NCBI GenBank assembly: GCA_041601615.1
Contig: JBFIHX010000003.1
Coordinates: 1 to 64,000 of the forward strand
Reading direction: 5' to 3'
Length of the DNA: 64,000 nt
Origin: Thermoplasmatota archaeon
Lineage (GTDB): Archaea > Thermoplasmatota > E2 > JACPAO01 > JAHFTW01
A program made the translations under genes and the position numbers. Each line of letters begins with the position of its first letter. Positions within the stretch are counted from its first letter, which is position 1. The notes below the pieces were generated by a model. It did no database searches, was not told where the DNA came from, and was given only the letters and a program-made list of their open reading frames with translations. This document shows positions 18,852-28,664 of this stretch, one piece after another.

Positions 18852-20645
18852 TTAGGGGCTGCTCTTGCAAGACTGCGAAGTCGTGCGCGTGTTGCCTGCG
18901 CTGTCGTTCGCCTTCGTGACAAAACAGTACGTGCCAGGCTGAAGCCCGGAGTACGTGCAGGTATCGCTGTGGCTCGACGAGGACGTGTAGTGCGTGCAAA
19001 CCGTGCCCGTGCTCGTCGTGCCCAACAAGTTCGTGAACGAATAGGTGGTTTGAACGGAGGTAAGTTGGCTTCCATAGTCACTTGCCGAGTGGTAGATGCT
19101 GAATTGAACTCCCGTTGTTCCCGTGCTCTTGGACACGCTCTGGTACACGGAAGGCAGGGTTCCATCCACGCGGACTTGACTTCCTCGCAAGTAGCCACGA
19201 TTGCTGGTGGAGGACTCGTCAAGCTCATTCACGTCGCTGTGCGGATCAATGATCCAACCGATGTAGTACACGCCGTCCGAAACACTGCTTGGCAAGGAGA
19301 CACTGAAGTGCATTTGGTCCGAGCCCAGCGCATTCGCGTAGCCGTTCCACACCGTGGCAACATATTCGTCATCCGAGTCGCCGAGAATGCTATCGGTTGT
19401 CAGATAGTAATCCACATCAAAGTATCCGGAGGCTTGGCTGCCCACGTTGCGAACCGTTGTGCCGCCGGTAAGGGTCTGGCCGGGGCGAATCAGCGTCTGT
19501 CCCAACGCAGAGTATCCGGATTGATCTGGGCTCGACAGTGTGCCCGTTTTGCCCACCTTCTCCACAAGGTCCGCCAAATCTGGCGTGGTTGTGTCCGAGG
19601 ACATCCAGCTGACGATGTTGTCGTACTTGCCGCTCGTAATCCGGGTGTTCATGTTCGAACAAGCCTGGCGGAAGGAGTCCTGGTGGTCTCCATTCGAGTT
19701 GTAGTGAGCAACGGTGCGGCTCACCACACTGTAGACGTAGTTCGTGCTCCCGCTTGTGTACCACGTCGGGCTGCCGCTTTGGCCACCGGTCATGTCCATG
19801 CTGTGCTTGTGCGTGTAGGTGCTCGAACTGCACGAGTCTGCGTATACGTAGTACATGTTGCGGCCGTTGTCCAACATACTGGGGTATCCTGCGGTGCGGC
19901 TGGATCCCGTGAAGTACGAACTACTGGTGCTCAGCGATTTCGCGGTGAAGCTGCCAACATTGTCGCCCAATTGCCGATCAATGCGAATGAGCGCAAAATC
20001 GTGGTCGTAGTTGCCATCGTTGTTCCAGCCGCTGTAGGTGTGGAACGTGACGGCTTTGGCTGCGCCATACTCGTTCATGAGGAGGGGCTTCTGGTCGAAT
20101 CCGTAGGTGTAGAAACCGTCGTTCATGCCAGGAAGGACCCAGACGTCGGTGTAGTAGGAAGAGCTGCCGCCCTCACGCACACAGTGGCCGGCGGTGAGGA
20201 CATGGTAGTCTCCAACCAGCGCCCCGGAGCACATAGCGTACGTCGAACTGTCCTTTTTGAAGTAGATTTTGACGATGCTGTCGTAGGGCGTCGAGCCGGT
20301 GTTTGTAATTCTGTATCGATTGTCCGACCCAATGACTCCGCCCTCGCCCGAAACGAGGTACTCCACATCCAAGTCGTAGAAGTCTTGCTTGAATGGTTCA
20401 GCCATGATTTCAATCAGGGCTGGGCTGATTTTCGACCCATTGAGGACGCCCCATTCGGTTCCGGTGGCGACATCGTAGGTGATGGGGATGGTTGCAAGCG
20501 GGTGGTCCGAGGGGAGGCGGTGCGAGAGGTGCATGCCTTCGGGTGGCGTTTCTTCTGTTTCCTGTCCATCCTGGGCCACGGTTGGGAGTGGCATGGTGAT
20601 GATCAGAAAAAGAGCAAGTATTCCTATGACGACGAGACGTGTCAT
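18852..20645 (-). CDS. secreted trypsin-like (S1/V8-type) serine protease with CARDB/Ig-like C-terminal domains
   Basis: Signal peptide; catalytic triad LTAGHC, HDFALI, GGQSGSP; IDPHSDVNELDE CARDB-like motif. Confidence 0.88.
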   Translation of the reverse strand: MTRLVVIGILALFLIITMPLPTVAQDGQETEETPPEGMHLSHRLPSDHPLATIPITYDVATGTEWGVLNGSKISPALIEIMAEPFKQDFYDLDVEYLVSGEGGVIGSDNRYRITNTGSTPYDSIVKIYFKKDSSTYAMCSGALVGDYHVLTAGHCVREGGSSSYYTDVWVLPGMNDGFYTYGFDQKPLLMNEYGAAKAVTFHTYSGWNNDGNYDHDFALIRIDRQLGDNVGSFTAKSLSTSSSYFTGSSRTAGYPSMLDNGRNMYYVYADSCSSSTYTHKHSMDMTGGQSGSPTWYTSGSTNYVYSVVSRTVAHYNSNGDHQDSFRQACSNMNTRITSGKYDNIVSWMSSDTTTPDLADLVEKVGKTGTLSSPDQSGYSALGQTLIRPGQTLTGGTTVRNVGSQASGYFDVDYYLTTDSILGDSDDEYVATVWNGYANALGSDQMHFSVSLPSSVSDGVYYIGWIIDPHSDVNELDESSTSNRGYLRGSQVRVDGTLPSVYQSVSKSTGTTGVQFSIYHSASDYGSQLTSVQTTYSFTNLLGTTSTGTVCTHYTSSSSHSDTCTYSGLQPGTYCFVTKANDSAGNTRTTSQSCKSSP

Positions 20646-20752
20646 AAAATATGTGAATAAAATATTTTATATTAGGATTTTGCAGCGTGGCGAAAGTAGC
20701 TAGTTATGTTGGGAAAATAACAGAAGATTATATATAATATGCCATGAAATCC

Positions 20753-21049
20753 ATGAAAGTGCACCGAGCATGGCTCGCATGCTTCCTGTTTCTGGCACTC
20801 CCGCCAGGCTGCGCCGAGCCAGCAACCTACAACCTCAACGGGAGCTTTTCGCACGACCCAAGCGATGACGAACAGCAATGGTTCTCCAGAGCCCTCGAAG
20901 GCGCAAATCGCGTGGACTGGCTTCTCTCCTCCCCGCCCGGATTCGCAGCATTTGGAATGACGCTGCCCGACTGCGAGAGATCCCAACAGAACCTACGCGC
21001 ACTCAGCTTCATCCAATCCGTAGGCGAATGCCGAGCAGCGATAACATGA
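20753..21049 (+). CDS. small hypothetical (lipo)protein
   Basis: Hydrophobic N-terminus ending PPGC; AT-rich promoter region upstream; alternative start 20744. Confidence 0.5.
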   Translation: MKVHRAWLACFLFLALPPGCAEPATYNLNGSFSHDPSDDEQQWFSRALEGANRVDWLLSSPPGFAAFGMTLPDCERSQQNLRALSFIQSVGECRAAIT

Positions 21050-21125
21050 CTGCAAGGAATCGCCGTAGCACTGGCCTGCCCCATCAGCCTCGCTTAAGTC
21101 GCGCCTCCAACTGGCAACGACGCCC

Positions 21126-22799
21126 ATGTGCGGCATCGCAGGCCTCCTAGGCCGAGAAGACAAGAGCCTCGTCGGCGCCATGTGCGACCGCATCGCCCAC
21201 CGCGGACCAGACGGACACGGCACCTGGGCCGACCAAGGCGTAACGCTCGGCCACCGACGACTCAGCATCATCGACATCGACGGCGGCGCCCAACCCATGG
21301 AGTCCCACGACGGACGCTACTGCATCGTCTACAACGGCGAAATCTACAACCACAAAGCCCTACGAGCGGCCCTCGAAACTGCAGGCGCCACGTTCCAAAG
21401 CGACCACTCCGACACCGAAGTTATCCTCGAAGGCTACCGACGCTGGGGCGCAGACGTGGTGACACACCTCGAAGGCATGTTCGCATTCGCCCTCTGGGAC
21501 ACCCAAGAACGAACCCTGTTTTTGGCCCGCGACCCATTCGGAATCAAGCCCCTCTTCTACGCCTGCGCCGACGGCGACTGGATCTTCGCCTCCGAGCAAA
21601 AAGCACTCTTTGCGCACCCCGCGCTCGCGCGCGTTCCAGATCTCGACCGCATCAAGGAACGCGCCGCCCTGGAATTTTTGACCGGCCAAGCAACCCTGTT
21701 TGCCGGCGTCCACCAACTCCCACCCGGCACCCACGCAACACTCCGAGCCAATCGCAAAGCCGAATGCCACATCAACTGGCAACCCTATTACCACGTCCCC
21801 GTCGAACGCTTCGGAAGCCTCGAAGCAACCGTGCAAGCCGTGCGCGACCGCTTTATTGAGAGCGTCGACGAACAACTCATGGCCGACGTGCCCCTCGGCG
21901 TCATCCTCAGCGGCGGCCTCGACTCCGCCGCCGTCGCAGCCGTACACCAAAGCCTGCTCTCGGACACCCCCATCCACACCTTCACCATCGCAGAATCGGA
22001 AGAAGTGCAGGACTTCAAGGAAGCCCGACGCCTCGCCGCACACCTCGGCACCGACCACCACGAGACCTTCTTCGACGTGGACGACGTCATCCGCGACCTG
22101 CCACGCTACACCTGGCACAACGAGAACATCAACTACACCGAATTCTTCTTCCTACCCCTCTTTGAATTCATGCGAAAAAGCGTCACGGTCGGCCTCTGCG
22201 GCCAAGGCAGCGACGAACTCTGGGGCGGCTACGACCGCTACAAGGACCCCCTGCCGCTCGCCCGCGACCGCATCGCCCGCCTGCGCGCCGCCGCCCCCGC
22301 CCACGAAGAAACCCTCTCCACGCAAGTGGCCCTGACCCACATGAGCGGCAGCAGCCTCGCCGAATGGGACCAAAACGGCGGCCAACTCAACAACTTCCAG
22401 CTCCGGCTCGTCGACCGCAACAGCATGGCCGCCTCCCTCGAAGTGCGCGTTCCGTTCCTGAGCCGCCCCCTGCACAACGCCAGCCGCGCCACTGCCTGGG
22501 GCGACAAACTACGCGACGGCGTCGAAAAATGGGTGCTGCGCAAAGCCCTCGAAGACGTCGGCATGCCACACGACCTCGTCTGGCGCAAGAAAGTCCCCGC
22601 CGGCCGCGCCACCGGCCCCCGCGTCATGGACCAATTCGAAGAATACGCCGCCAAACTCGTCACCCCCGCCGCCATGAAGCGGCATCCGCTCGCCGGCTCC
22701 TTCCAGCGACCCGCCGAGCAACTACTGTTTGACCTCTGGCACGAGGTTTTCATCGAACAAGACGGACACCGCGGCCTATCCATGGAGGACCTCGTTTGA
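21126..22799 (+). CDS. asnB: asparagine synthase-like glutamine amidotransferase
   Basis: MCGIAG Ntn Cys, HRGPD, NGEIYN, SGGLDS, GQGSDELWGGY, SLEVRVPFL. Confidence 0.9.
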   Translation: MCGIAGLLGREDKSLVGAMCDRIAHRGPDGHGTWADQGVTLGHRRLSIIDIDGGAQPMESHDGRYCIVYNGEIYNHKALRAALETAGATFQSDHSDTEVILEGYRRWGADVVTHLEGMFAFALWDTQERTLFLARDPFGIKPLFYACADGDWIFASEQKALFAHPALARVPDLDRIKERAALEFLTGQATLFAGVHQLPPGTHATLRANRKAECHINWQPYYHVPVERFGSLEATVQAVRDRFIESVDEQLMADVPLGVILSGGLDSAAVAAVHQSLLSDTPIHTFTIAESEEVQDFKEARRLAAHLGTDHHETFFDVDDVIRDLPRYTWHNENINYTEFFFLPLFEFMRKSVTVGLCGQGSDELWGGYDRYKDPLPLARDRIARLRAAAPAHEETLSTQVALTHMSGSSLAEWDQNGGQLNNFQLRLVDRNSMAASLEVRVPFLSRPLHNASRATAWGDKLRDGVEKWVLRKALEDVGMPHDLVWRKKVPAGRATGPRVMDQFEEYAAKLVTPAAMKRHPLAGSFQRPAEQLLFDLWHEVFIEQDGHRGLSMEDLV

Positions 22800-24112
22800 C
22801 CCCCGAAACCCCCGAAACCACGCACATCCGCGAAGCCGACGAAACCGGCCCCTTGCGCGAACTGGACCGCATCATGGTCGACGGAGCCGCCAAAATCGAA
22901 GACCTCCTTGCCTACCACCGCAACCAAGTCCTCTGCCCCGTCTACACCAGCGTAGACATCCGCCGCAACAGCCACAAAGCCGCCGTCGTCGACGCCAACG
23001 CCTTCCCCGCCGGCTTCAACAACCTCGCCCACCGCAGCCACGAGGCTGCCGCCGACGCCATCCGGGGCTACATGGCCAAGGTCTACCCCGACGCCAAAGA
23101 ACTCCTGATTCTGGCCGAAAACCACACGCGCAACAAGTGGTACTTCCAGAACATCAAGACCCTCCAAGACCTCTTTGCAAGCGCCGGATACACCGTCACG
23201 CTGGGCACCCTGAATGAAGAGCTGTTTCCTGAAGCCACCGTCGAAACCGCCCTCGGAGACACCATCACCCTCCATGGAGTTCTGCGCGAAGGCGACGCGC
23301 TGATTGCCGACGGCATGGTCCACGACGTCATCATTCTCAACAACGACCTGAGCACCGGCACCCCCGGCATCCTCGACGGCCTCGACCAACCAGTCACCCC
23401 GCCGCCCGCCATGGGCTGGCACCGCCGCCGCAAATCCGAACACTTCCGCATCGTCAACGAATTGTCCCGGCAGCTTGGCGAATACGTCGGCTTCGACCCC
23501 TGGCTTGTCAGCGCCGAATTTCGCAAAGTGGACGGCGTGGACTTCAAGGGCCGCGAAGGCCTCGAAGCCGTCGCCAGCGCCGTGGACGAAGTGCTCGAAG
23601 TCGTGCGCGCCAAGTACCAACACTACGGCGTCCAACGGGAACCGCACGTCTTCGTGAAAGCCGACGCCGGCACCTACGGCATGGGCGTCATGAGTGTCGC
23701 CAGTGGCGAAGAATTCCTGCGCCTCAACAGCAAGGGACGAGAGAAAATGGCCAAAGGCAAAGAGGGCGTCAAGACCACAAGCGTCATCGTCCAAGAAGGT
23801 GTGCACACCAGCCTACGCGCCGGCACTGGAGTCGCCGAACCCGTGATGTACATGGTCTGCGGCCGCGTTGTTGGCGGCTTCAACCGCGTGCACCTTGGTA
23901 AAGCCGACACGGAGAGCCTCAACGCGCCCGGAAGCACCTTCGAACCGTTGGCGTTTACGACACACGGGGGCACACCTGGCGATGACGAAACCGTGCTCGA
24001 CGAAGTTTCGGCGCACGTGTATCAGGTGCTTGGCGAAATTGCGAGCATCGCTACGGGGTATGAACTGCGGTTTGCCGAGGATGTTGGGGCAGAGTTGCCG
24101 AGCTACCCATAG
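22796..24112 (+). CDS. gshA: divergent glutamate--cysteine ligase (GshA, PF08886-type ATP-grasp-like)
   Basis: PVYTSVDIR...DANAFPAGFNNL, IILNNDLS, GWHRRRKSEHF, VKADAGTYGMGV, IVQEGV, SLNAPG. Confidence 0.82.
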   Translation: MTPETPETTHIREADETGPLRELDRIMVDGAAKIEDLLAYHRNQVLCPVYTSVDIRRNSHKAAVVDANAFPAGFNNLAHRSHEAAADAIRGYMAKVYPDAKELLILAENHTRNKWYFQNIKTLQDLFASAGYTVTLGTLNEELFPEATVETALGDTITLHGVLREGDALIADGMVHDVIILNNDLSTGTPGILDGLDQPVTPPPAMGWHRRRKSEHFRIVNELSRQLGEYVGFDPWLVSAEFRKVDGVDFKGREGLEAVASAVDEVLEVVRAKYQHYGVQREPHVFVKADAGTYGMGVMSVASGEEFLRLNSKGREKMAKGKEGVKTTSVIVQEGVHTSLRAGTGVAEPVMYMVCGRVVGGFNRVHLGKADTESLNAPGSTFEPLAFTTHGGTPGDDETVLDEVSAHVYQVLGEIASIATGYELRFAEDVGAELPSYP

Positions 24113-24151
24113 ACCAGGCGTGCGCGGGCCACCGATTCAGGGCTGCCCCAA

Positions 24152-25078
24152 CTATACAACGGCCCGGAACGCCACCTGATCCACCATCAACACCACGAGC
24201 AAGAGCCCGAGGTACTGGATGGTAAACAGGAAGAATTTCCTGTACGCCTTCGGATTCGGCGTCCGCATCAATCCGTCTGCGCCGCGAACGAGGGGGATGC
24301 CGAGCGCGAAGGCACCGGCCACATAGACCCAGCCGGCAACACCGAGCGGATATACCAACAACAACGACCCGAGCACGGTTAGAATGCTGTAGAACAAGAT
24401 CTGCTTGCGCGTTGCTTCCTCGCCCTTGACGTTGGGGTACATGGGGTAGTCGGCGGCGGCGTAGTCGTGCTTGTACAGCAGAGCCAGGCTCCAGAAGTGC
24501 GGCGGCGTCCAGAGGAAGACGAGTCCGGCGATGACCCAGGCGGGCCAGCCGACGGTGCCGGTCATGGCGGACCAGCCGATGAGCGCCGGGAAGCTGCCGG
24601 CGAATCCACCGATGACGATGTTTTGCGGCGTCGTGGGCTTGAGCCAGACAGTGTAGACCACGATGTAGTAGACGATGGCACCGAGGGTCAAGGCGGCGGC
24701 GAGCCACTTGTCAATCACGGCAAGCGCTGCGACCGACAGAACCGTGGAGGCCGAGGCGTACACGAGGGCAGCGCGGACACTGATGCGGCCGGATGCGACG
24801 GGGCGGCTGGCGGTGCGTCCCATGCGGCTGTCGCGTTCCTTTTCGATGACGTGGTTGAATGCCCCGGCGGCGGCGGTGCTCAGGATGCCAGCGGCGGTTA
24901 CGGCCAAAAACGGTACCAGCGGCGGCAGGCCTCGGTCGGCCACAAACATCGCCGACCATGCAACCACCAACAGCAGCAGCATAATGCGCGGCTTGCTGAT
25001 TTCCATGAAGTCCTTGGCGATGGCGCCGAACGGACGAGCGGCCGCGGCAGCGGCGGGCGGGGCGGTGCTGGCCGTCAT
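24152..25078 (-). CDS. ctaB: protoheme IX farnesyltransferase (heme O synthase)
   Basis: KPRI, DSRMGRTASRP, NIVIGG, WTPPHFWSLA. Confidence 0.93.
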   Translation of the reverse strand: MTASTAPPAAAAAARPFGAIAKDFMEISKPRIMLLLLVVAWSAMFVADRGLPPLVPFLAVTAAGILSTAAAGAFNHVIEKERDSRMGRTASRPVASGRISVRAALVYASASTVLSVAALAVIDKWLAAALTLGAIVYYIVVYTVWLKPTTPQNIVIGGFAGSFPALIGWSAMTGTVGWPAWVIAGLVFLWTPPHFWSLALLYKHDYAAADYPMYPNVKGEEATRKQILFYSILTVLGSLLLVYPLGVAGWVYVAGAFALGIPLVRGADGLMRTPNPKAYRKFFLFTIQYLGLLLVVLMVDQVAFRAVV

Positions 25079-25689
25079 GGATTTGGACTCCGGTGCGGCA
25101 ACGTGGGCGGCGGTTGCTGGGCGTCTTCGCCAGGAAACACCGCATGGGAATCGGCCAGCGCTGCGACCGTCGGGCCAACAGGTAGAGGCTGGAGCCAGGC
25201 AAACATGGTCGCCATGGTCACGAGCATGAAAAACAGAGTCGCGGTGGCCAGGTGCAAGGTTGTGGTGAGGGCGGGATTGCCCTGCAAGACGGTGGCGGCA
25301 CCAATGCCAATTTGGGTCAGCAACACGAAGCCCGCGGCGGCTGGAAGCACGCGCACGGCGAGGTGCAGTTCGCGGTTGAAGAACGCCAAGGCTGCAAATG
25401 TCAACATAACGGGTGCCAGAAGTGTCACGAGGAACCGGTGGCCCCACTCGTACAACACCTGCGCTTGGCTGTAGGCGTCCGCGTGGTCCACGGCGTCCGG
25501 GTCGATGCCGCCGGTCTCCGCGGACGGGAACGGCGGCAGCCATTCGCCGTAGCATTGCGGCCAATCTGGACAGGAGAGTCCACTTCCCGTCGCTTTGACC
25601 CACGAACCGGCCACCATGATGGAGAACGTGAGCACAACGACCACGACGCCTAGGCGGCGGACCCACTGGATGCGCGTTTGCGTGTCCAT
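25075..25689 (-). CDS. ctaA: heme A synthase (COX15/CtaA), short single-module type
   Basis: GSGLSCPDWPQC, EWGHR, QIGIGA, LHLA; only about 204 aa. Confidence 0.85.
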   Translation of the reverse strand: MDTQTRIQWVRRLGVVVVVLTFSIMVAGSWVKATGSGLSCPDWPQCYGEWLPPFPSAETGGIDPDAVDHADAYSQAQVLYEWGHRFLVTLLAPVMLTFAALAFFNRELHLAVRVLPAAAGFVLLTQIGIGAATVLQGNPALTTTLHLATATLFFMLVTMATMFAWLQPLPVGPTVAALADSHAVFPGEDAQQPPPTLPHRSPNP

Positions 25690-25733
25690 GACCCTGGCAG
25701 CGCTGACCCGTGGCGTGATTTGAAGGTTGGGGG

Positions 25734-26330
25734 TTACTTGTTGCAGGGGTCGCCGTATTCGGCGTTGGTTGCGGCGATGAGTGCTGCGGCGGCTTCCTGG
25801 TCCACTGGGCGCTGAACATGGATCTCGGCGCCAGCTCCAATCTCCAATCCAGATACCGATGTGGTCCATGTGGTGGCAAAGCAATCGTGAGTCGTTAGAA
25901 TTCGGAAACTCTTGTCGAAGGACCGTTCCTCGCCTATGCATCGCGTAATCTCGTAGTTGCCCCAAGGTAGCTCATGGTGCGCGCCGTCGCCTTTGACGGT
26001 GACGAGGGGTCCATCGGCCACGGGCAGGACCGAAGTGCTCGGGCACTCGGTAAAATTTCGAATCTCGAGCAAGACGGGCATTTCGGAGCCTTCGAGATTG
26101 ATTTCGAACCAGGTCTCGGTGGTGCCTGGCGTGATTGCAATTTCATGAGATTCCACGTCTTCCCACGAGACGTGGAGCACGGGGTGGATGTTGAAGCCCC
26201 CTCGGGAACTTTTGGACGAATCGTTCATGCCGTCCTGGTCCGAGCCTTCCAGCGGGGAGGAGTTGGCATCCGAATCGAGGCAGCCGGCTAAGAGCATCAT
26301 GATGGACAAGGCCAAGGCGAACAAGCGCAT
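25734..26330 (-). CDS. hypothetical lipoprotein
   Basis: Lipobox LLAGC. Confidence 0.65.
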   Translation of the reverse strand: MRLFALALSIMMLLAGCLDSDANSSPLEGSDQDGMNDSSKSSRGGFNIHPVLHVSWEDVESHEIAITPGTTETWFEINLEGSEMPVLLEIRNFTECPSTSVLPVADGPLVTVKGDGAHHELPWGNYEITRCIGEERSFDKSFRILTTHDCFATTWTTSVSGLEIGAGAEIHVQRPVDQEAAAALIAATNAEYGDPCNK

Positions 26331-26441
26331 GTACAATCCACAGGCCTACGCCTATAGTAGAAATTGGATAGAGTGTTTGATGAACTGATGCTGGCCAAGA
26401 AACACTTTCACAACCTGCCCATACATTCCAATGCTTGCAAT

Positions 26442-27617
26442 CTAACTTTGGGGGATTTGGGTGGGTTGCGCGGCATTTGTTTTGCTGCCTCGCAAATTCC
26501 ATCCGACGGCTGTCGCAACTGCCACCGCCAACCCCGCCAACACCATCATCGCAATCCACGGCGTAGCTGCGAGTGCGCCCGCCACGACGCCGGCCACGAA
26601 CGTTCCGCCGTAGCTGACGATGTTCTGGATTCCGTGTCCTGTCCCGCCCGAACGACCCGCAAGGCGACTCACCTGGCTGGGCAAGACCGCAGAGAGCGTC
26701 GCGTGGGCGGCAAAGAACAGGGTTCCTGCAAGCCACAGCAGCGGCTTGTCCGTCAGTACCGCCCCGGCGGCTCCGAGTGCCAGCAAGGGCAGAAGGGCGG
26801 CAATCGGTTGCCACGTGAGGCCCCGTTTGTCCACGGCACGGCTTGCACCACCCATCACCATGAGCGCGATGATGAGCATGGGCAACAGGAGGGCCCAGCC
26901 GGTACGGTCGGCGGCGCCCAGGAAAAACAGGACCGTGACGAGGGCGTAGTTCATCGTGAACCCCGCAAGCGCTAGCCCCACCACCGGCGCAGTCAGGCTG
27001 CGGCGCGTGGCAGCCACCGGAGCCAACAAGGGTTCAGGAATCCGGAGCCAAAGCATCGGCAATAGTGCCGCGGCGCCTACCACGGCCGTGACCCAGAACA
27101 GTCCTGCGACACCGATGACCGGGGAAAGAAGCGGTCCTGCCATCATGCCGAAGAAGAAACCCATGCCGGCCGGAACCCCTACGATGGCCATGGCCACGGT
27201 GCGGCGCTCCGCAGGCACAGACTCGCCCACGAGCGCCATGGCCGTGCTGCTGATGGCACCCATTCCTTGCAGAAGCCTCGCTGCCAAGAGCTGCTCAATG
27301 GAAGGCGCCAACGCGGCCCACGCGGAGCCCGCGACGAACAATGCGGTGCCGGCCACGAGCACGGGGCGCCGGCCCATGTGGTCGCTGAGCCATCCCATGG
27401 GCAATTGCATCAAGGCAAGCGTCAAGCCGTACGCGACGAACGCCGTTCCGACCAGGACATCCGAGTCCGTCAAGGTGCGCCCGTAGGAGACAAAATCGGG
27501 CAACACGAGGCTCATGCCGAACACGCGGCTGAACACCAGCGCCGCCGCCGTCAACACGAGGGCGAGTTGGCGCCGCGTGAACCCGAGCACAGGGGGCGGG
27601 TCCGGCTTTTGGGGCAT
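26442..27617 (-). CDS. MFS transporter (YajR-like)
   Basis: GWLSDHMGRRPV motif A, ARLLQGMGA; about 12 TM segments. Confidence 0.88.
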   Translation of the reverse strand: MPQKPDPPPVLGFTRRQLALVLTAAALVFSRVFGMSLVLPDFVSYGRTLTDSDVLVGTAFVAYGLTLALMQLPMGWLSDHMGRRPVLVAGTALFVAGSAWAALAPSIEQLLAARLLQGMGAISSTAMALVGESVPAERRTVAMAIVGVPAGMGFFFGMMAGPLLSPVIGVAGLFWVTAVVGAAALLPMLWLRIPEPLLAPVAATRRSLTAPVVGLALAGFTMNYALVTVLFFLGAADRTGWALLLPMLIIALMVMGGASRAVDKRGLTWQPIAALLPLLALGAAGAVLTDKPLLWLAGTLFFAAHATLSAVLPSQVSRLAGRSGGTGHGIQNIVSYGGTFVAGVVAGALAATPWIAMMVLAGLAVAVATAVGWNLRGSKTNAAQPTQIPQS

Positions 27618-27740
27618 AAAGGTTGGGCCTGGCCGGTTTCGTCGCCTGATTCTGCATCGTCGACGCGGTTGTGGGTCTTGCATTTTTTGCATCCAATGTC
27701 ATAGTACCAGAGTTTTAGGCCGCCTTGCTCATCGCGCACA

Positions 27741-28664
27741 GTGGAGGATTCTCAGGCGGTGGCCGAGCAGCAGGTTCGACAGGCGAACATGTTGTTGACG
27801 CAGGGCCGAGCTGCGGACGCCTTGCAGTTGGCGCAAAAATCCAGTCAAGGTCTGCCAGACGATCCTCGGCCCTACGGCATCATGGCGCTGGCTGCTGCGT
27901 CCCTTCGTCGAAAGGATGCCGTGTCGTTGGCGAAAACTGCCGTCGGCAAGGACCCAGAAAACGCACGCTGGCACGATGTTCTGGGCATGGCGCACCTTCG
28001 CACCGGGCGGGCTCGTGCCGGCCTCGCGTCGTTTCAGCGAGCCGTGGAACTTGAGCCCACGGACCCGGATTACCGCGTCAACCTCGGTGCATGCTTCATG
28101 GAAATGGGGCAATGGAAAGAAGCGCGCAGCCACATGGAAACCGCGATTTCTTGGCAGCCTCAAAACGGTCAAGCACACCACAACATGAGCATCATTCTGG
28201 AACGACTGGGAGACAAGGAGGGCTCCGATCGGCACCTAGCCCATGCGCTCAAGGAGTCACCAGAAGACGCGGAGACCCGAACGCTGCTTGGCCAAAACCA
28301 CCTATCTGCTGGTCGAGTGGACCAGGCGGGACATGCGTTTCGCGGCGCGCTTCGATTGGATCCCACCTATTTGCCTGCCAAGACCGGTTTGGTGATGGTC
28401 ACGCGGCGTCGCAGTCCGATCTTTGGGCTCTACTGTTGGTTCACGTTGATGGCGCAACGACTGCCGCCCCGGTTTCGGTTGATTGTGACGTTCGCGCCTC
28501 TGTTTGCATTTCGAGGTGCTCGCAGCGTGGTTCGCGTCATGGATGGAAACCTTCTCTGGCTGGCTGCGGCGGCCGTGCTGTACATGGCGTTCGTGCTGTA
28601 CCTCTGGACCTCGGGAACGATTCTGAACAAGCTCATTCAGCGAGGCTCGTTGGATGTCCGCTGA
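27741..28664 (+). CDS. TPR-repeat protein with C-terminal membrane segments
   Basis: Multiple TPR units (AVELEP, ALRLDP); hydrophobic C-terminus. Confidence 0.82.
   Translation: MEDSQAVAEQQVRQANMLLTQGRAADALQLAQKSSQGLPDDPRPYGIMALAAASLRRKDAVSLAKTAVGKDPENARWHDVLGMAHLRTGRARAGLASFQRAVELEPTDPDYRVNLGACFMEMGQWKEARSHMETAISWQPQNGQAHHNMSIILERLGDKEGSDRHLAHALKESPEDAETRTLLGQNHLSAGRVDQAGHAFRGALRLDPTYLPAKTGLVMVTRRRSPIFGLYCWFTLMAQRLPPRFRLIVTFAPLFAFRGARSVVRVMDGNLLWLAAAAVLYMAFVLYLWTSGTILNKLIQRGSLDVR

Noticed and set aside
18396-20660. 754-aa + strand ORF and other long antisense ORFs (12206-13735, 22238-23806, 43566-45149, 48186-49157)
   Set aside because: Shadow frames of real genes on the opposite strand in GC-rich DNA; no motifs
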